A stretch of DNA of 64,000 nucleotides from Torpedo marmorata (taxonomy: Eukaryota). Positions 39,251-51,147 of this stretch are shown here, one piece after another. A program made the translations under genes and the position numbers. The notes beneath the pieces were generated by a model. That model saw only the letters and a list, made by a program, of their open reading frames with translations, was not told where the DNA came from and made no database searches. Position 1 is the stretch's first letter, and each line of letters opens with the position of its first letter. The stretch is from NCBI GenBank assembly GCA_977017645.1, contig OZ360229.1, positions 26,288,001-26,352,000 on the forward strand. The letters are read 5' to 3'.

Positions 39251-42200
39251 TTAAAGTTCTTTTATCTCCATAATCTTTGAGTTAAAACGTCAACCAGTAA
39301 ACCTCAAATCTTCCTCAGACAAAATAGATACAGTTTTTCTTTTGAATTTAACACAAGGCACTTCTTCAGCATGTCGTTTCACTTTATTCCTTTCTTCAGC
39401 ATTCCACTTCTCATGTGAAGAATTTAAACTCTTAGAACTAGAATTTGAATATTTATCTGATCCTTTCGATTTTAATAAACACGACTGTTTAACCACTCTG
39501 GTTTCTATTGCTCTTTCCTGCAATTCCAAATCCAATTTTGCAACTTTCAATTCAGTCTCAGTTCTTTCTGAGAAATTAATAATTTGATCTGAAGTCAAAA
39601 TATCATGTGATACATTGATATTTCCATTGTCAATCCTGTTGCGACAAACTTGAAATTTTTTAATTTCTTCATCTTGTTTGTTACATTTCTGCAATGCAAT
39701 ATCACATTCTTTCTGCATTGTTAATTGTTGAACATTCAATTTACATTCTTGATTGGTTTTTAAAGACAACTGTTTTGTGTTATTAACCAATAACTTGTTC
39801 TCTTTCAAAACATTAATCTCTTCCTCCAAACTTTTACATTTTGATAATGCTGAATCTCTTTCCTCAATAACTGTATTCATTTCTTCAGCAGTTATTCTTT
39901 TCTTCCGCTTTCTGACTTTGCGAGTTTTACTTACAATTAAATCTTTCTGTTTACTGTTTTCTTGATTATCTAATATTTCCAATTCCCCTTTAAACATTTT
40001 GTTCTCTGAATTCAATTGCATTAAATTATCATTCACATTATTCTTTATTCCATCAGCACAATTTTCTGTGTTTTCCAGTTTTACATCACATTGCAATATT
40101 TCTTCATTAGTTTTGTCTTTTGTAATCTCTGAACTACAAAATCTACATTCAGATTTGTTTTCAGTCACTTGTTGTATTCCTGTATCTGATTCAATTACAC
40201 ATGATCAATAGTATTATTTGCAACATCTTCTAATACCTCACTTTCATCCATTTTTGATGAAAATAATTCCTTCAATGTTGTTTTAAATACCTTTGATTTA
40301 TTTTCACATTGATCAGTTTTCTTTTCTTCAAAAGTGATTTTCTTATTCACAGTATTTTGCTCTTCGCTTAACTCTTCAACTTTCACAACCGAAATTCTAT
40401 TAATATTTATCGCTAACTGTTCCTGAGCAATATCATTATTTCTTTCCAGTGGTCCATCGATTGTCCAACCAAGCATGGTTTTAACAGCATAAGGTCCATT
40501 CCTTTTACTCTCTATTACTTCTTTTGGTACCAAAACCTTTGGCACATCTGAACCAATCAGCATTTCTATCTCAGAATTAATTTCAGGTAAATAAACCTTC
40601 CACAGATAAGCTAAATGATGAATATCCCTTTGATGAGGAATATTTCCTTCATTCACAGGCATAGTCTTCTGAGTATATACACTTGGAAGATCACAAAATT
40701 TTTTGTCATCCAATCCAGCAACCTCTAAGCCTGAAACAATGTTAGTTTCAACAACCTTTTCTTGTCCCATGGTTTTTAACATAATTCTTGATCTTTTTCC
40801 TTGAATATTAAGTTTATTCATTAGTCCTTCCGTGCAAAAAGATGCAGTGCTGCCTGGATCTAGAAATGCATATGTTATTACTATTGCATCCCCTTTCTTG
40901 GTCTTGACTTGTACAGGCACTATCGAAAGTTTGCAGTTATTCACACCGGCCCCGGTAAGACCACTTGTCTGAACCGAGGTTATAACATTATTTTCTGTTG
41001 TTTCCTTTGTTTCTGTTTGCTATTTTTCCAATTCCTTGTTTCTGTTATGGATATGAAAAATTCTAGGATGTTTCAAATTGCATATGTTACAATTAATTCG
41101 CTTCTCGCAGTTTTTACTGATGTGTCCTTTACACAGATAGCTAAAACATATTCCATTTTCCTTTAAGAAAGCGATCTTTTCCTTATGTTCCTTCTTTTCC
41201 AATCGTAATCACATTTCCAAAGCATGTCCACCTTTACAGAACAAACAACTCTTTTCATCAGGCAAACTTTCCTTTTCCTTATTTACTTTGTCCTTTTCTT
41301 TACTTATAACTTGCACATTAGTAGCAAAAGTACTCCTTTTCACTTCGGACTAGACTGTGTGTTAGACTTCCTTACATCTTTGCCGATTGAATTATCTCTG
41401 GTATTTCCATATAGTGGATCCATTTCAACGTACACCTGTCGTTCAAGAAAATTTACCAAATCCTTTAAGGTAATTTTTCGACCGTAATTTACTTGTAAAT
41501 CACAAGCCAAATTTCTCCATCTATCCCATAACTTGTAAGGTAATTTTTCTAAGATGATTCGCATATTACTATGCTCTTCAAGCTCACGAATATTATCGAT
41601 TTCTTCCATAGCATTACAACATCCTCTTAAAAACAGAGTATATTCTTGCAGAGCCTTTACATCATTTTGTTTTATTGATGTCCATTTAAGAGCTTTATCC
41701 ATATAAGCTAAAGCAATTCGATGCTTGTTGCCAAAATATTGTTCCAGTAAAGCCTTAGCTTTGTCTAATCCTCTTTTTGAAGACATTTGTTTACAACTCT
41801 TTACCAGTTCTTTTGGATGTCCCTTTGTGAACATTTCCAAATAATAAAGACATTCATCACAATCTTGGCATTTATCTTCAATATTGCGTTTGAAAGATCT
41901 CATAAATGATTGATATTGAAGTGGATCACCATCAAAAATTTGTATCTCCTTCTTGGGTAAAGAAGAGAGAGACTGTAACTGAAACAATGATGCAGCAATT
42001 TCATTTTGTCTTTCCTTGGATGACAATACATTGCTCTGTTCACCGTCTCTTGTTGCATGCAATGTATCTGGAAACCTCACTGGTGTAGTTTCTTCCATAT
42101 TTCTGATGCTTGACTCAAATAACAAAGAAGCTGCTTCGTTCGACCGAACCCAAGCCGCAGCTTTGCTTTCAGATGTTACCATTGATACATGTGACTCGAT

Positions 42201-43070
42201 ACCAATATGTTCTTGAAAGGTTTGTCCTTGTATTTGCAAATCTTGTATCCTTGATTCTAAAATATCTATCCTTTTGGTTGGTTTCTTTTCCTGTGATTCT
42301 TTTTTTAAATATGACCTTTTATTATCAGACACTTTAGATAATTTACTTCTAGCACCAGATACCATTGAGCCTTCTATTGCTTTCTTTTCTACCTTGGCAA
42401 TAGCAATGTTTGCTTCCAGCTCCTGCTGTTCTTTTATCTGCCTTAGCTGCTCCTTCTCTTGTCTTAGCTGCTCCTCCTCTTGTTTTAGCTGCTCCTTTAT
42501 CTGCACCTCCTTTTGTCTTATCTGCTCCTCCTTTTGTTCTAAAATATGTTTATTCTTAAGCGTTTTTTGTTGTGCAAGAAGAGCGGCCAATTGAACATCA
42601 ACCTTTGTACGTGACGATGCAGAACTTGAAGTACGAGAAACTCTGGAGCTCGAACCAGAACTTCTTTTGCTTCTCCTGTTTTCAGCATTTGAGACACTGT
42701 CACTTGCTTGTATTTCGTCCTGCAGTTCATATGTTGTCTTCATACTTACCTCTTTATCCAATTCAAATTGTATATCCTTTGCATCTTCAACCACTTCAAT
42801 TTCTTCATCATTTGTTGACACAATTTCAGCCATTTCCATTTTATCTTCTTGTTCATCTAATGAAGCTGCCTCTTCATCCTTTGCCTGCTTCAATCTTTCG
42901 ATAAGAACCTTTTTATTTCCACTTATGTCCTTTTTCAGTCGCTTCAATTCTTCTTTAATATCCGAAACCTTCATGTCTTCAATACGTTGGTCCTCAACAG
43001 CAACATCAGCGGTTGCTGCGTCAGCTGCTGATACATCAGTAGCTGCTGTATCAGAGACTGCTGCGGCCAT
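39251..43070 (-). pseudogene. Chimeric polyprotein: SAP - BEL gag - zinc knuckles - protease - MIPOL1-like coiled coil (few lesions)
   Basis: ORFs 41340-43157, 41020-41202, 40195-40944 and 39290-40168 join once lesions absent from copy 1 are corrected; protease AFLDPGS. Confidence 0.85.
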
Positions 43071-43526
43071 TTTACTCGTCTTGTTCCTCTTTCCTTCAAG
43101 CATACACAACACTAGCCAAATCAACAGTCCCCAATGGACCAGCGGCAGCAATTCCAATCTGTGTTCTTACTTGCTAAAGATACACAGAAGGAGTCCAAAG
43201 ACTTATGCCTACCACTTCAAATGACTGTAATGTGCTGCAATCCACAAACGAGTTTCAACCACAACATCTGTCAATAATATCACTGATTTTCCAAAAATGG
43301 TTTCTCCAACGTATTTATAGGACACTTTACTATAAGATTTGAAGCTTTAAATCCCTCTCTGGCTGTTATTCATGGCAGATGGATGTGGATTACAAACTGC
43401 CTCCAACTCGAGGCATCTTCAAGATGGCCACCATTTTATTTTAAATATCAGTCCAAAGAACAGAGAGATTATTCTATCTTCTTTCCTTCAATTTTCTGTT
43501 CCAAACAGCCAGCTCTTTATTGACTA

Positions 43527-44101
43527 TATTATGGTGACTTCGATCCAACAATAGTCACCTGGAGGTTAAGTGCGATACTTGTCTTTGACGCGTTTTAATT
43601 AATTTACCAACAAAGTCCAATATGTTCAAAAATCTTTATTTACACACGTGACTTGCAGTAATCTTCAATGACTTAAATATAAACAGTTCTTGAAAACGAT
43701 GTATGATGAGTTTCTTTAAATGATTCTTTAAACAATTCCAAACTACAAAGTAACCAGTTCAATGTTCGAAACGATGTATAAGACGTTATAAAACGGTCAA
43801 TAAAGATATGGAGATCTCACTCACCCTCCTACATCTTATTCTTTCTCCTATTCTCTCATTCGCGCATGCCCCGTCGCTCCCATACCACTGCGCACCCTCC
43901 ATCGCGCATACTACATTTCCCAATATACACCGCGCAAAATGACGTCACTCCAGACTGCGCATGCGCCCGTCGGCACTCCAGCGCATGCGCAGAGCACAGA
44001 ACGGGCCGAGAACGGCCTACAGACAACGCGAGCGCTCCACAACCCGACGAGACATCGGAGCGCCGCAGCAAAGGTAAGTTAATGAGCCTACGGCTCTTAC
44101 A
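43527..44101 (-). repeat. 5' LTR of BEL-derived copy 2
   Basis: Begins TGTAAGAGCCGTAGG on the minus strand; direct repeat of 38294-38869. Confidence 0.95.
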
Positions 44102-45172
44102 AACGTATTTGTAAAAACCTTTTGGATTAATTTTCACCCTGCTTGCTATAGTCTCTTCATACCTTCTTTTAGCTTTCCTAATTCCTCTTTTAAGATTCTT
44201 TTTACATTCAATGTATTTTTCAAACATCTCCTTATTTCCATGCTTCTTATACTTAATGTACGCCTCCCTTTTTTTTCGAACCAAGTTTCCAATATTCCTC
44301 GAAAACCACGGCTCTCTCAAACCTTTTGCCCCTCCTTTTAACCTAACGGGAACATAAAGCTTTTGCACTCTCAAAATTTGATCTTTAAAAGAATTCCATC
44401 TCTCTACTACATCCTGTCCATAAAACAAATTGTCCCAATGCACACCCTGTAAGTCCTTTCGCATCTCCTCAAATCTAGCTTTTCCCCAATCAAAAACCTC
44501 AACCCTTGGCCCTGACTTATCTCTTTCCATAATGACATTGAAGCTGATGGCATTATGATCACTGGACCCGAAGTGCTCGCCAACACAAACCTCCATCACT
44601 TGACCTATCTCATTTGCTAACAGTAGATCTAACACTGCTCCTTCTCAGGTCGGTACCTCTACATATTGTTATAAAAAACTATCCTGCACACATTTCACAA
44701 ACTCCAACCCATCCAGCCCTTTCACAGAATGTGTTTCCCAATCTATATGTGGAAAATTAAAATCTCCCATAATCACAACCCTGTGCTTATCACAAATATC
44801 CACTACCTCCCTACAGATTTGCCCCTCTAGGTCTCGGTCCCCTCCGGGTGGTCTATAATACACCCCTACAAGTGTAACTTCTCCTTTCCCACTTCTCAGT
44901 TCCACCCAAATAGCCTCTGTGGACGAGCCCTCTAATCTATCCTGCCTAAGCACCGCTGTAATATTCTCCCTGACAAGCAATGCAACACCACCTCCTCTTG
45001 CCCCTCCGACTCTATCACACCTAAAGCAACGAAACCCAGGGATATTCAGCTGCCAATCACATCCCTCCTGCAACCATGTCTCACTGATTGCTACCACCTC
45101 ATACTTCCAAGTATCAATCCACACCTTCAGCTCATCCACCTTTTTTACAATACTCCTGGCATTAAAATATAT

Positions 45173-47229
45173 ATGTCCACCCTTTGCAGCCCGCTAAACC
45201 ATTTATTAAAAAAAGATCATAAATGGTGCTGGAATGATGAAACGGACAAAGTTTTTAATCGGTTGAAGGAACTGTTGACCTCAAATGATAATGTTCTTAT
45301 CCACTATGAGCCAGATAAAGAAGTGACTTTAGCTGTCGATGCTTCACCAACCACAGAAAAAGGGGAACAGCCAGTGGCATATGCGTCCCGCTCCTTAACG
45401 GCATGCGAAAGAAATTATGCACAAATAAAAAAGGAAGGACTGGCCATTATATTTGGTCTTAAACAATTTCACCAATACTTATACGGTAGAAAGTTCATTT
45501 TGTTGACTGATAACAAACCACTGAGTTTAATTTTAGGACTGAAGAAAGGTATCCCGGTATTAGCGGCGGCAAGAATCCAAAGGTGGGCGATGGAGCTTGC
45601 AGCGTATGATTATGATATAAAACATCGCTCTGTGGACAAGAACGGGCATGCGGACGCATTATCACGCTTATCCCTGCCCACAACAGAACAGAGGGAAGGG
45701 AATATCAATTGGATGGCAGAAGCCACAGACATCAACCAAGAACAACCGCATCAATTACCAATCACATCTAAGGCCATCAGCCAAGAAGTAAGAAAGGAGG
45801 CTACATTGTCAAAAGTTATGCACCTCACCTTAAATGGGTGGCCAGACGGCAAGAGCATCACCCCCGAACTAAGGCCGTTTTACACAAGGCGAAATGAAAT
45901 ATCCATTGAAGAGGGTTGCCTGCTGTTGGGGACAAGAACGATCATTCCACAAAAATGGCAGGAGGCTTTGTTACAGGAGATCCACACCAATCATCCCGGA
46001 ATGGTGCGGATGAAGGCGCTGGCACGTATGCACGTCTGGTGGCCAGAAATTGATAGGGACATTGAACAGCTGGTACGGAGGTGCCACATCTGTCAAGAAA
46101 TGCAACCAAAGGCACCTCATGCAGAAGCCAATCCATGGAAATGGCCGTCACAACCATGGCATAGGATTCACATCGATTTCGCTGGGCCATTCATGGGAGA
46201 AACCTTCCTAATTATTGTGGATGCACACTCCAAATGGCCTATTGTGTGGCTGATGCGATCAACAACAACAGAAAAGACCATCGAGAAATTACGCAGTGTG
46301 TTCGCAGAGTATGGGTTACCGATACAGCTGGTCTCGGACAATGGGCCTCAATTTGTATCGGATGCTTTCAAACGATTTCTAAGAAAAAACAATGTGAAAC
46401 ACATATTATCGGCACCATACCACCCGAGTACCAATGGGGAAGCCGAGCGTTTTGTACAGACTTTTAAAAGGGCAATGAAGGCCAGAAAGTCAAATGGAGC
46501 ATCCTGGAACCATAACATTGCAGATTTTCTGCTGTCATATAGAACAACGCCGCACTCGCCCACAAAACGCACGCCAGTGGAACTGATGTTTGGACGGAAC
46601 TTAAGAACACGACTTACTGCAGTACACCCAAATATCGGACTCCACATCCAACAATCAACATTACCAAACAAATCAACCAGATCTCTGGAGATTGGGGAAC
46701 CAGTACTTGTAAGAGATTATAGACAAAATAAAGAGACTCGGTAAGAGGCGTGCTCTTAAAAAAACTAAGCCCATGTTCATATTCTGTACTGGTTGGAGAC
46801 AACATATGGAAAAGACACATAGACCAGATAAGAGCAGTCGAAGACTACAGTTTCAATACAGCCACGGAAGAGCTCTTAGACGTTCCGGTTTGGACACAGC
46901 CAGATTTTGTGGCCCCTTGGAAAGCCCCGGTACCGGTTACAGAAATACCAGCAGGGAAGGCTGCGCCAGGGCACGAGGCTAGCCAAGCATCCGAAAGACA
47001 AACCATTGTGCCAAGGAACGAGGAGAATTTAGCTTCGAAAAGATCGGAAACTCGTACCCCTGTTCGGTGTTCTCCACTCCCAAGGAGATCCATGAGAGAA
47101 ATGAACGAGGAGAATTTAGCTGCTCCGGAAAGGTCAGAAACTCGTACCCCTGTTCGGTGTTCTTCACTCCCAAGGAGATCCCAAAGAGAAAGACACCCCC
47201 CAGCACATCTTAAGGATTATGTGCAGTGA
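45173..47229 (+). pseudogene. Gypsy 2 pol, RNase H and integrase
   Basis: VDASP, HPG..M...AR..VWWP..CHIC, DFAGP, DNGPQF, GEAERFV. Confidence 0.92.
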
Positions 47230-47539
47230 CTTAAAGACATAAGAAGGGGGTGAAAGATGATTAATAATAATAATAGTTTGGGTAGAATCACAAATATATA
47301 TATATACTTTAGTTGTTAATTTAGTTAGACTTGTTATCTATGTACTACTATTTTGAGGGGGGGAAGAGTGTTGTGGGAAAGCGTTACGTCATCACGCAAG
47401 TTATGCGGGTGACGGGATTACGTAAGCGATGCGGTAAGGGTGTGGTTCATTTTTGTGTGAACCATTTTACTTAGTGAATAAAGTATGCCAACTGCTCCAC
47501 AAGAAGTGTCTGAATTAATGTGGATATGACATTTATGAC

Positions 47540-48070
47540 AGAAAATCTGGTGCAAATCAATCAAGCTGCCTTGTCCTGAATAGTGTTGAGTCCCATCAGT
47601 GCTGCCAGAGCCCCACTGATCCTGCAAAATGAAGGACCTGATTTGTCCTTTGTCAAATGGTGGAAATGCTTTGGGTAATCAGAGGGTCACTTGCTTGCTG
47701 GAGAACACCAAGCCAGTGACTTGCTCTTATCGGTATAGTATTTATTTGGTGTTGTTAAGTTTAATGAAGCTCCAGCAATAGTGATGTGGATGACTGTTAA
47801 GAGGAGATGGTTGGACACTCACGTGGTTGACTATTTCTTGCAGAAGGAACTGAACATCATGCAATCACAAATGAACATCCCCACCAAATGTCACATGTGG
47901 ATGAATTAAGGCAGCAGCTCACGATGGTTAAATTTAGAGCACTAACCTGAGGAGTTGTTCCATCTCTATCCTGAGGCTGAGAGAGTTGATCTCTACAACC
48001 ACACTGATCGTTCTTTGAGCTAGGTATAAATCCGGCCGTAAAACTCCAGCTTTTGATTCCTCTAGCATTT
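47540..48070 (-). mobile_element. Highly degraded LINE RT remnant
   Basis: Vestige of an antisense GVPQGSVLGP region at about 47935-47975. Confidence 0.4.
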
Positions 48071-48289
48071 CAATTTTTATCCTGTTTCTATTTATTTCAC
48101 GCTTTATTTTGAAGGTGAGGCAGGGAGATACGTTTATATGAACAATTTGATATTGAGAACAAATGTGTGGGTTACATTTGCATTCCAGGATACTGCTGAG
48201 AGAGCAGTGCTCAGTAGTGCACAGTTCGGAAAATAAGAATGCAGTAAAGGTGGGATCTGATTGGGAGACTTTAATTCCAGGATGTGTAC

Positions 48290-50740
48290 ACATATCTCCT
48301 CACTTGTCAGGAAGGCGCAACAGTGACTACACTTCCTGAGAAGACTGAAGCAGGCAAGGCTACCGGCCACCATCATGTCAGCCTTCAGCATAAGCTCTAT
48401 TGAGAGTGCCTTGGCCAGCTGCCTCGCAGTGTGGTACGGTTGCTGTAGAGAATTGGATTGGAGGTCAATCCACAGGACCATAAGAGTGGCAGAGAGGATC
48501 TGTTGGAGTTCTTTGAGCAAGTAATGAATAGGACAGACAAAGGAGAGTCAGTGGATGTTGCTTACTTGGATTTTCAGAAGGTCTTTGACAAGGTGCCGCA
48601 CACGAGGTGCTAAATAAAATAGGAGCTCACGGTATTACAGGAAAGGTACTAGCATGGATAGAAGAGTGGCTGACTGGTAGAAGGCAAAGAATAAGAATAA
48701 AGGGGGTCTCTTCCAGCTGGATGCCTGTGACTAGTGATGATTCAGATTCAGATTTAGATTTCAGATTTATTGTCAGATAAAGATTTCAGAGTAAATACAT
48801 GACATCACATACAACCCTAAGATTCCTTTTTCCTGCGGGCACGGCAGAATTACCACTAATTGCTAGTGCAAAAAATAAACTGTACACAGCGTAAACATGT
48901 AAACAAATAAAAGAACTGTAAACAGATAACGAATGTAAACAATGACTGTGCAATACAGAGAGAACAGAAGAAAATCAATAAAGTGCACAAGTAAGAGTCC
49001 TTAAATGAGTCTCTGATTGTGTTTGTCGTTGAGGAGTCTGATGGTGGAGGGGTAGCAGCTGTTCCTGAACCTGGTGGTGCGAGTCTTGTGGCACCTATAC
49101 CTCTTTCCTGATGTTCCGCAGAGGTCGGTGTTGGAATCGTTTCTTTTCACGCTGTATGTAAATGATTTAGATGACGGAATTGATGGCTTTGTGGCCAAGT
49201 TTGCGGATGATACGAGATAGGTGGAGGGGCGGGTAGTTTTGAGGAAGCAGGGAGTTTGTAGTGGGGCTTGGATAGGTTGGGTTGGAAGGATGATCAAAGA
49301 AGTGGCAGATGGAATACAGCCTGGGAGATGGAATAAAGAAGTAAACTATTTTCTGAATGGGGAGAAGGGATGCTTAGTGCAGGAATTGAAGATTGAGTTG
49401 GAAGTAAGGAAGGCAAATGCAATGTTGGCATTCATTTTGAGAGGACAAGAATGTAAAGGCAACGATGTAATGCTGAGGCTTTACGAGGCATTGGTCAGAC
49501 TATATTTGGAGTATTGTGAGCGCGCAAAGGGACACGACTGATACTGAGAGTGTGCTTTCACTCATGGTCTGTGGAATCATAATGCACAATAATAGAATAT
49601 GTGATCCTCATTTCTCCATATCGTAATATGGTGCTGTAATTAAAGGCAAACGGCATGCTTGATCTCGCTCATTCAGCAGGAGTTTGCAATGTAGTTGGTG
49701 TATATTTAATTGTAGCACATGGCCCCAGTTGTCGAAATGTAATGCTAGAAATGGCATTTGCAGTATATTTAAGAAAGCAGGAATAAAAGGAAGTGTAGAA
49801 TAAAAAGTGAAGTGCACAAGAGAAATAAAAAGTTGTGGTTTAACGTCAGGTCACCGTAAGGACAAGAACAAGGTGTGTCTGAAGTGGAAAAGAGATCTGA
49901 TGTTATATCAGTTTCAAAAACATAGAAATTAATAAGTGATAAAAAGATATTTGTTCTGGTTTTTTTGCATTATACAACAATAATGGAGCTGAACACCTTT
50001 TATGCTCACTTTGAGAAGGAGAACTCAACGATACCTATGAGAATCCCTGCAGAAGATGGTGACTCTATGACATCTGTCTCTGAGGCCAACGTCAGAACAT
50101 CCTTCAAGAGGATGAACCCTCGCAAGGCATGGTACTGAAATTCTGTGCCAACCAACTAGCCGGGGTGTTCACGGACATTTTCAACCTCTCATTGCTGCAG
50201 TCGGAGGTTCCCACCTGCTTCAAAAGGGCCATCAATCATCCCGGTGCCCTAGAAGAGCAGAATGAGCTGCCTCAATGACTATCACCCAGTAGCACTCACA
50301 TCTACTGTGATGAAATGCTTTGGGTTCGTCATGGCCAGAATTAACTTGCACCTAAGTAATGATCTGGACCAACTGCAATTCGCCTACCGTTACAATTGCT
50401 CCACAGCAGATGCAATATCACTGGCTCTCCACTCAGCTCTGGATCACCTAGACTACAGCAACTCATACATCAGGCTACTCTTCATCGACTACAGTTCAGC
50501 TGTAAGGAGGTACGGGAGCCTGAAGACGAACATCCAGTGGCACAAGGACAGCTTCTTCCCTTCTACCATCAGATTTCTGAATGGACAATGAACCACAGAC
50601 ACTACCTCACTTTCTCTTATTTTTGCACAAATTTATTTATTCTTAAATGCAATTTTAGAGAAATATTTGCACTGTAATGCTGCTGCAAAACAATGAATTT
50701 TGTGATATGTTCATGACAATAAATTCTCATTCTGATTCTG
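48290..50740. mobile_element. Cluster of Rex1 (48290-48510 +, 48740-49110 -, 49985-50740 +) and CR1 (48510-49520 +) fragments
   Basis: DFQKVFDKVPH and KFADDT (CR1); [11 protein letters not shown] and SGKRYRCHK (Rex1). Confidence 0.7.
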
Positions 50741-50794
50741 AGCTATAGACTGATAGTATGAATCAATCCATGGACTTTGGGTAGAGCGCTTTGG

Positions 50795-51147
50795 ACAGTG
50801 GTGGATTAACTACCACCCGAGCTCCTAGGCTGAGCTTTAGTAAGGCTCCCCCTGACCTTGCCCCCCTTCCCCACCCTTCGTTGAATAGAATAAAGTGACG
50901 TTAAGTTACGTTAAATATATCGTTGTACTATGTATAATGTACTACATGTATAATATCATAAAGTTATATGAATCAATTACAGCCCTTTTATTCAATTATT
51001 TTTCATTTTCTTTACATTTGTACTTAAACAACTTCCGTGTTTGTTGGTTTACAAAAGTGTCGATAACAGCATGTAAATCAACAGATCGAAGCATATCTGA
51101 TTCAATGTGCATGAGTGCCAGACGACTAAGTTTCTCATTTGAGGTCG
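50795..51147 (-). mobile_element. hAT transposon 3' end with dimerisation-domain remnant
   Basis: End CAGTGGTGGATTAA; minus-strand translation NEKLSRLALMHIESDMLRSVDLHAVIDTF. Confidence 0.7.

Larger units (their letters stand above)
38294..44101 (-). mobile_element. BEL/Pao-derived non-autonomous LTR retrotransposon, copy 2 (complete, 5.8 kb)
   Basis: LTRs at 43527-44101 and 38294-38869 (about 10 differences by eye). TSD AACGT at 38289-38293 and 44102-44106; removal restores CR1 FYKYVNGKRK. PPT at 38870-38880. Confidence 0.95.
36484..45170 (-). mobile_element. CR1 LINE covering nearly all of ORF2, interrupted by BEL-derived copy 2
   Basis: EN (ISETW, YRPP, GDFN, SDH) at 44107-45170, linker at 38007-38288, RT ORF at 36565-37983; (TATGGTTA)n tail. 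Confidence 0.93.
33100..47531 (+). mobile_element. Gypsy (Mag-type) LTR retrotransposon 2, gag deleted, hosting L1, CR1 and BEL insertions
   Basis: 163-bp LTRs at 33100-33262 and 47369-47531; TSD TTTAT; PBS TGGCGACGAGGAT at 33266; PPT GAGGGGGGGAAGAG. Confidence 0.95.

Noticed and set aside
43071-43157. Apparent signal peptide MELLPLVHWGLLIWLVLCMLEG (also 5934-6020), hinting at an env-like protein
   Set aside because: The track's first M is a TTG codon in both copies. The strong-context ATG is at MAAA, and no env features follow.
43856-44635. 259-aa CR1/LTR fusion ORF (similar cases at 20906, 26191, 29683 and 57739)
   Set aside because: Chance read-through across insertion junctions.
47947-48082. 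Open minus-strand frame with CAG|GTTAGT donor, phase-compatible with the 55527 exon
   Set aside because: The acceptor is purine-rich and the sequence looks like a decayed LINE RT (GVPQGSVLGP region).
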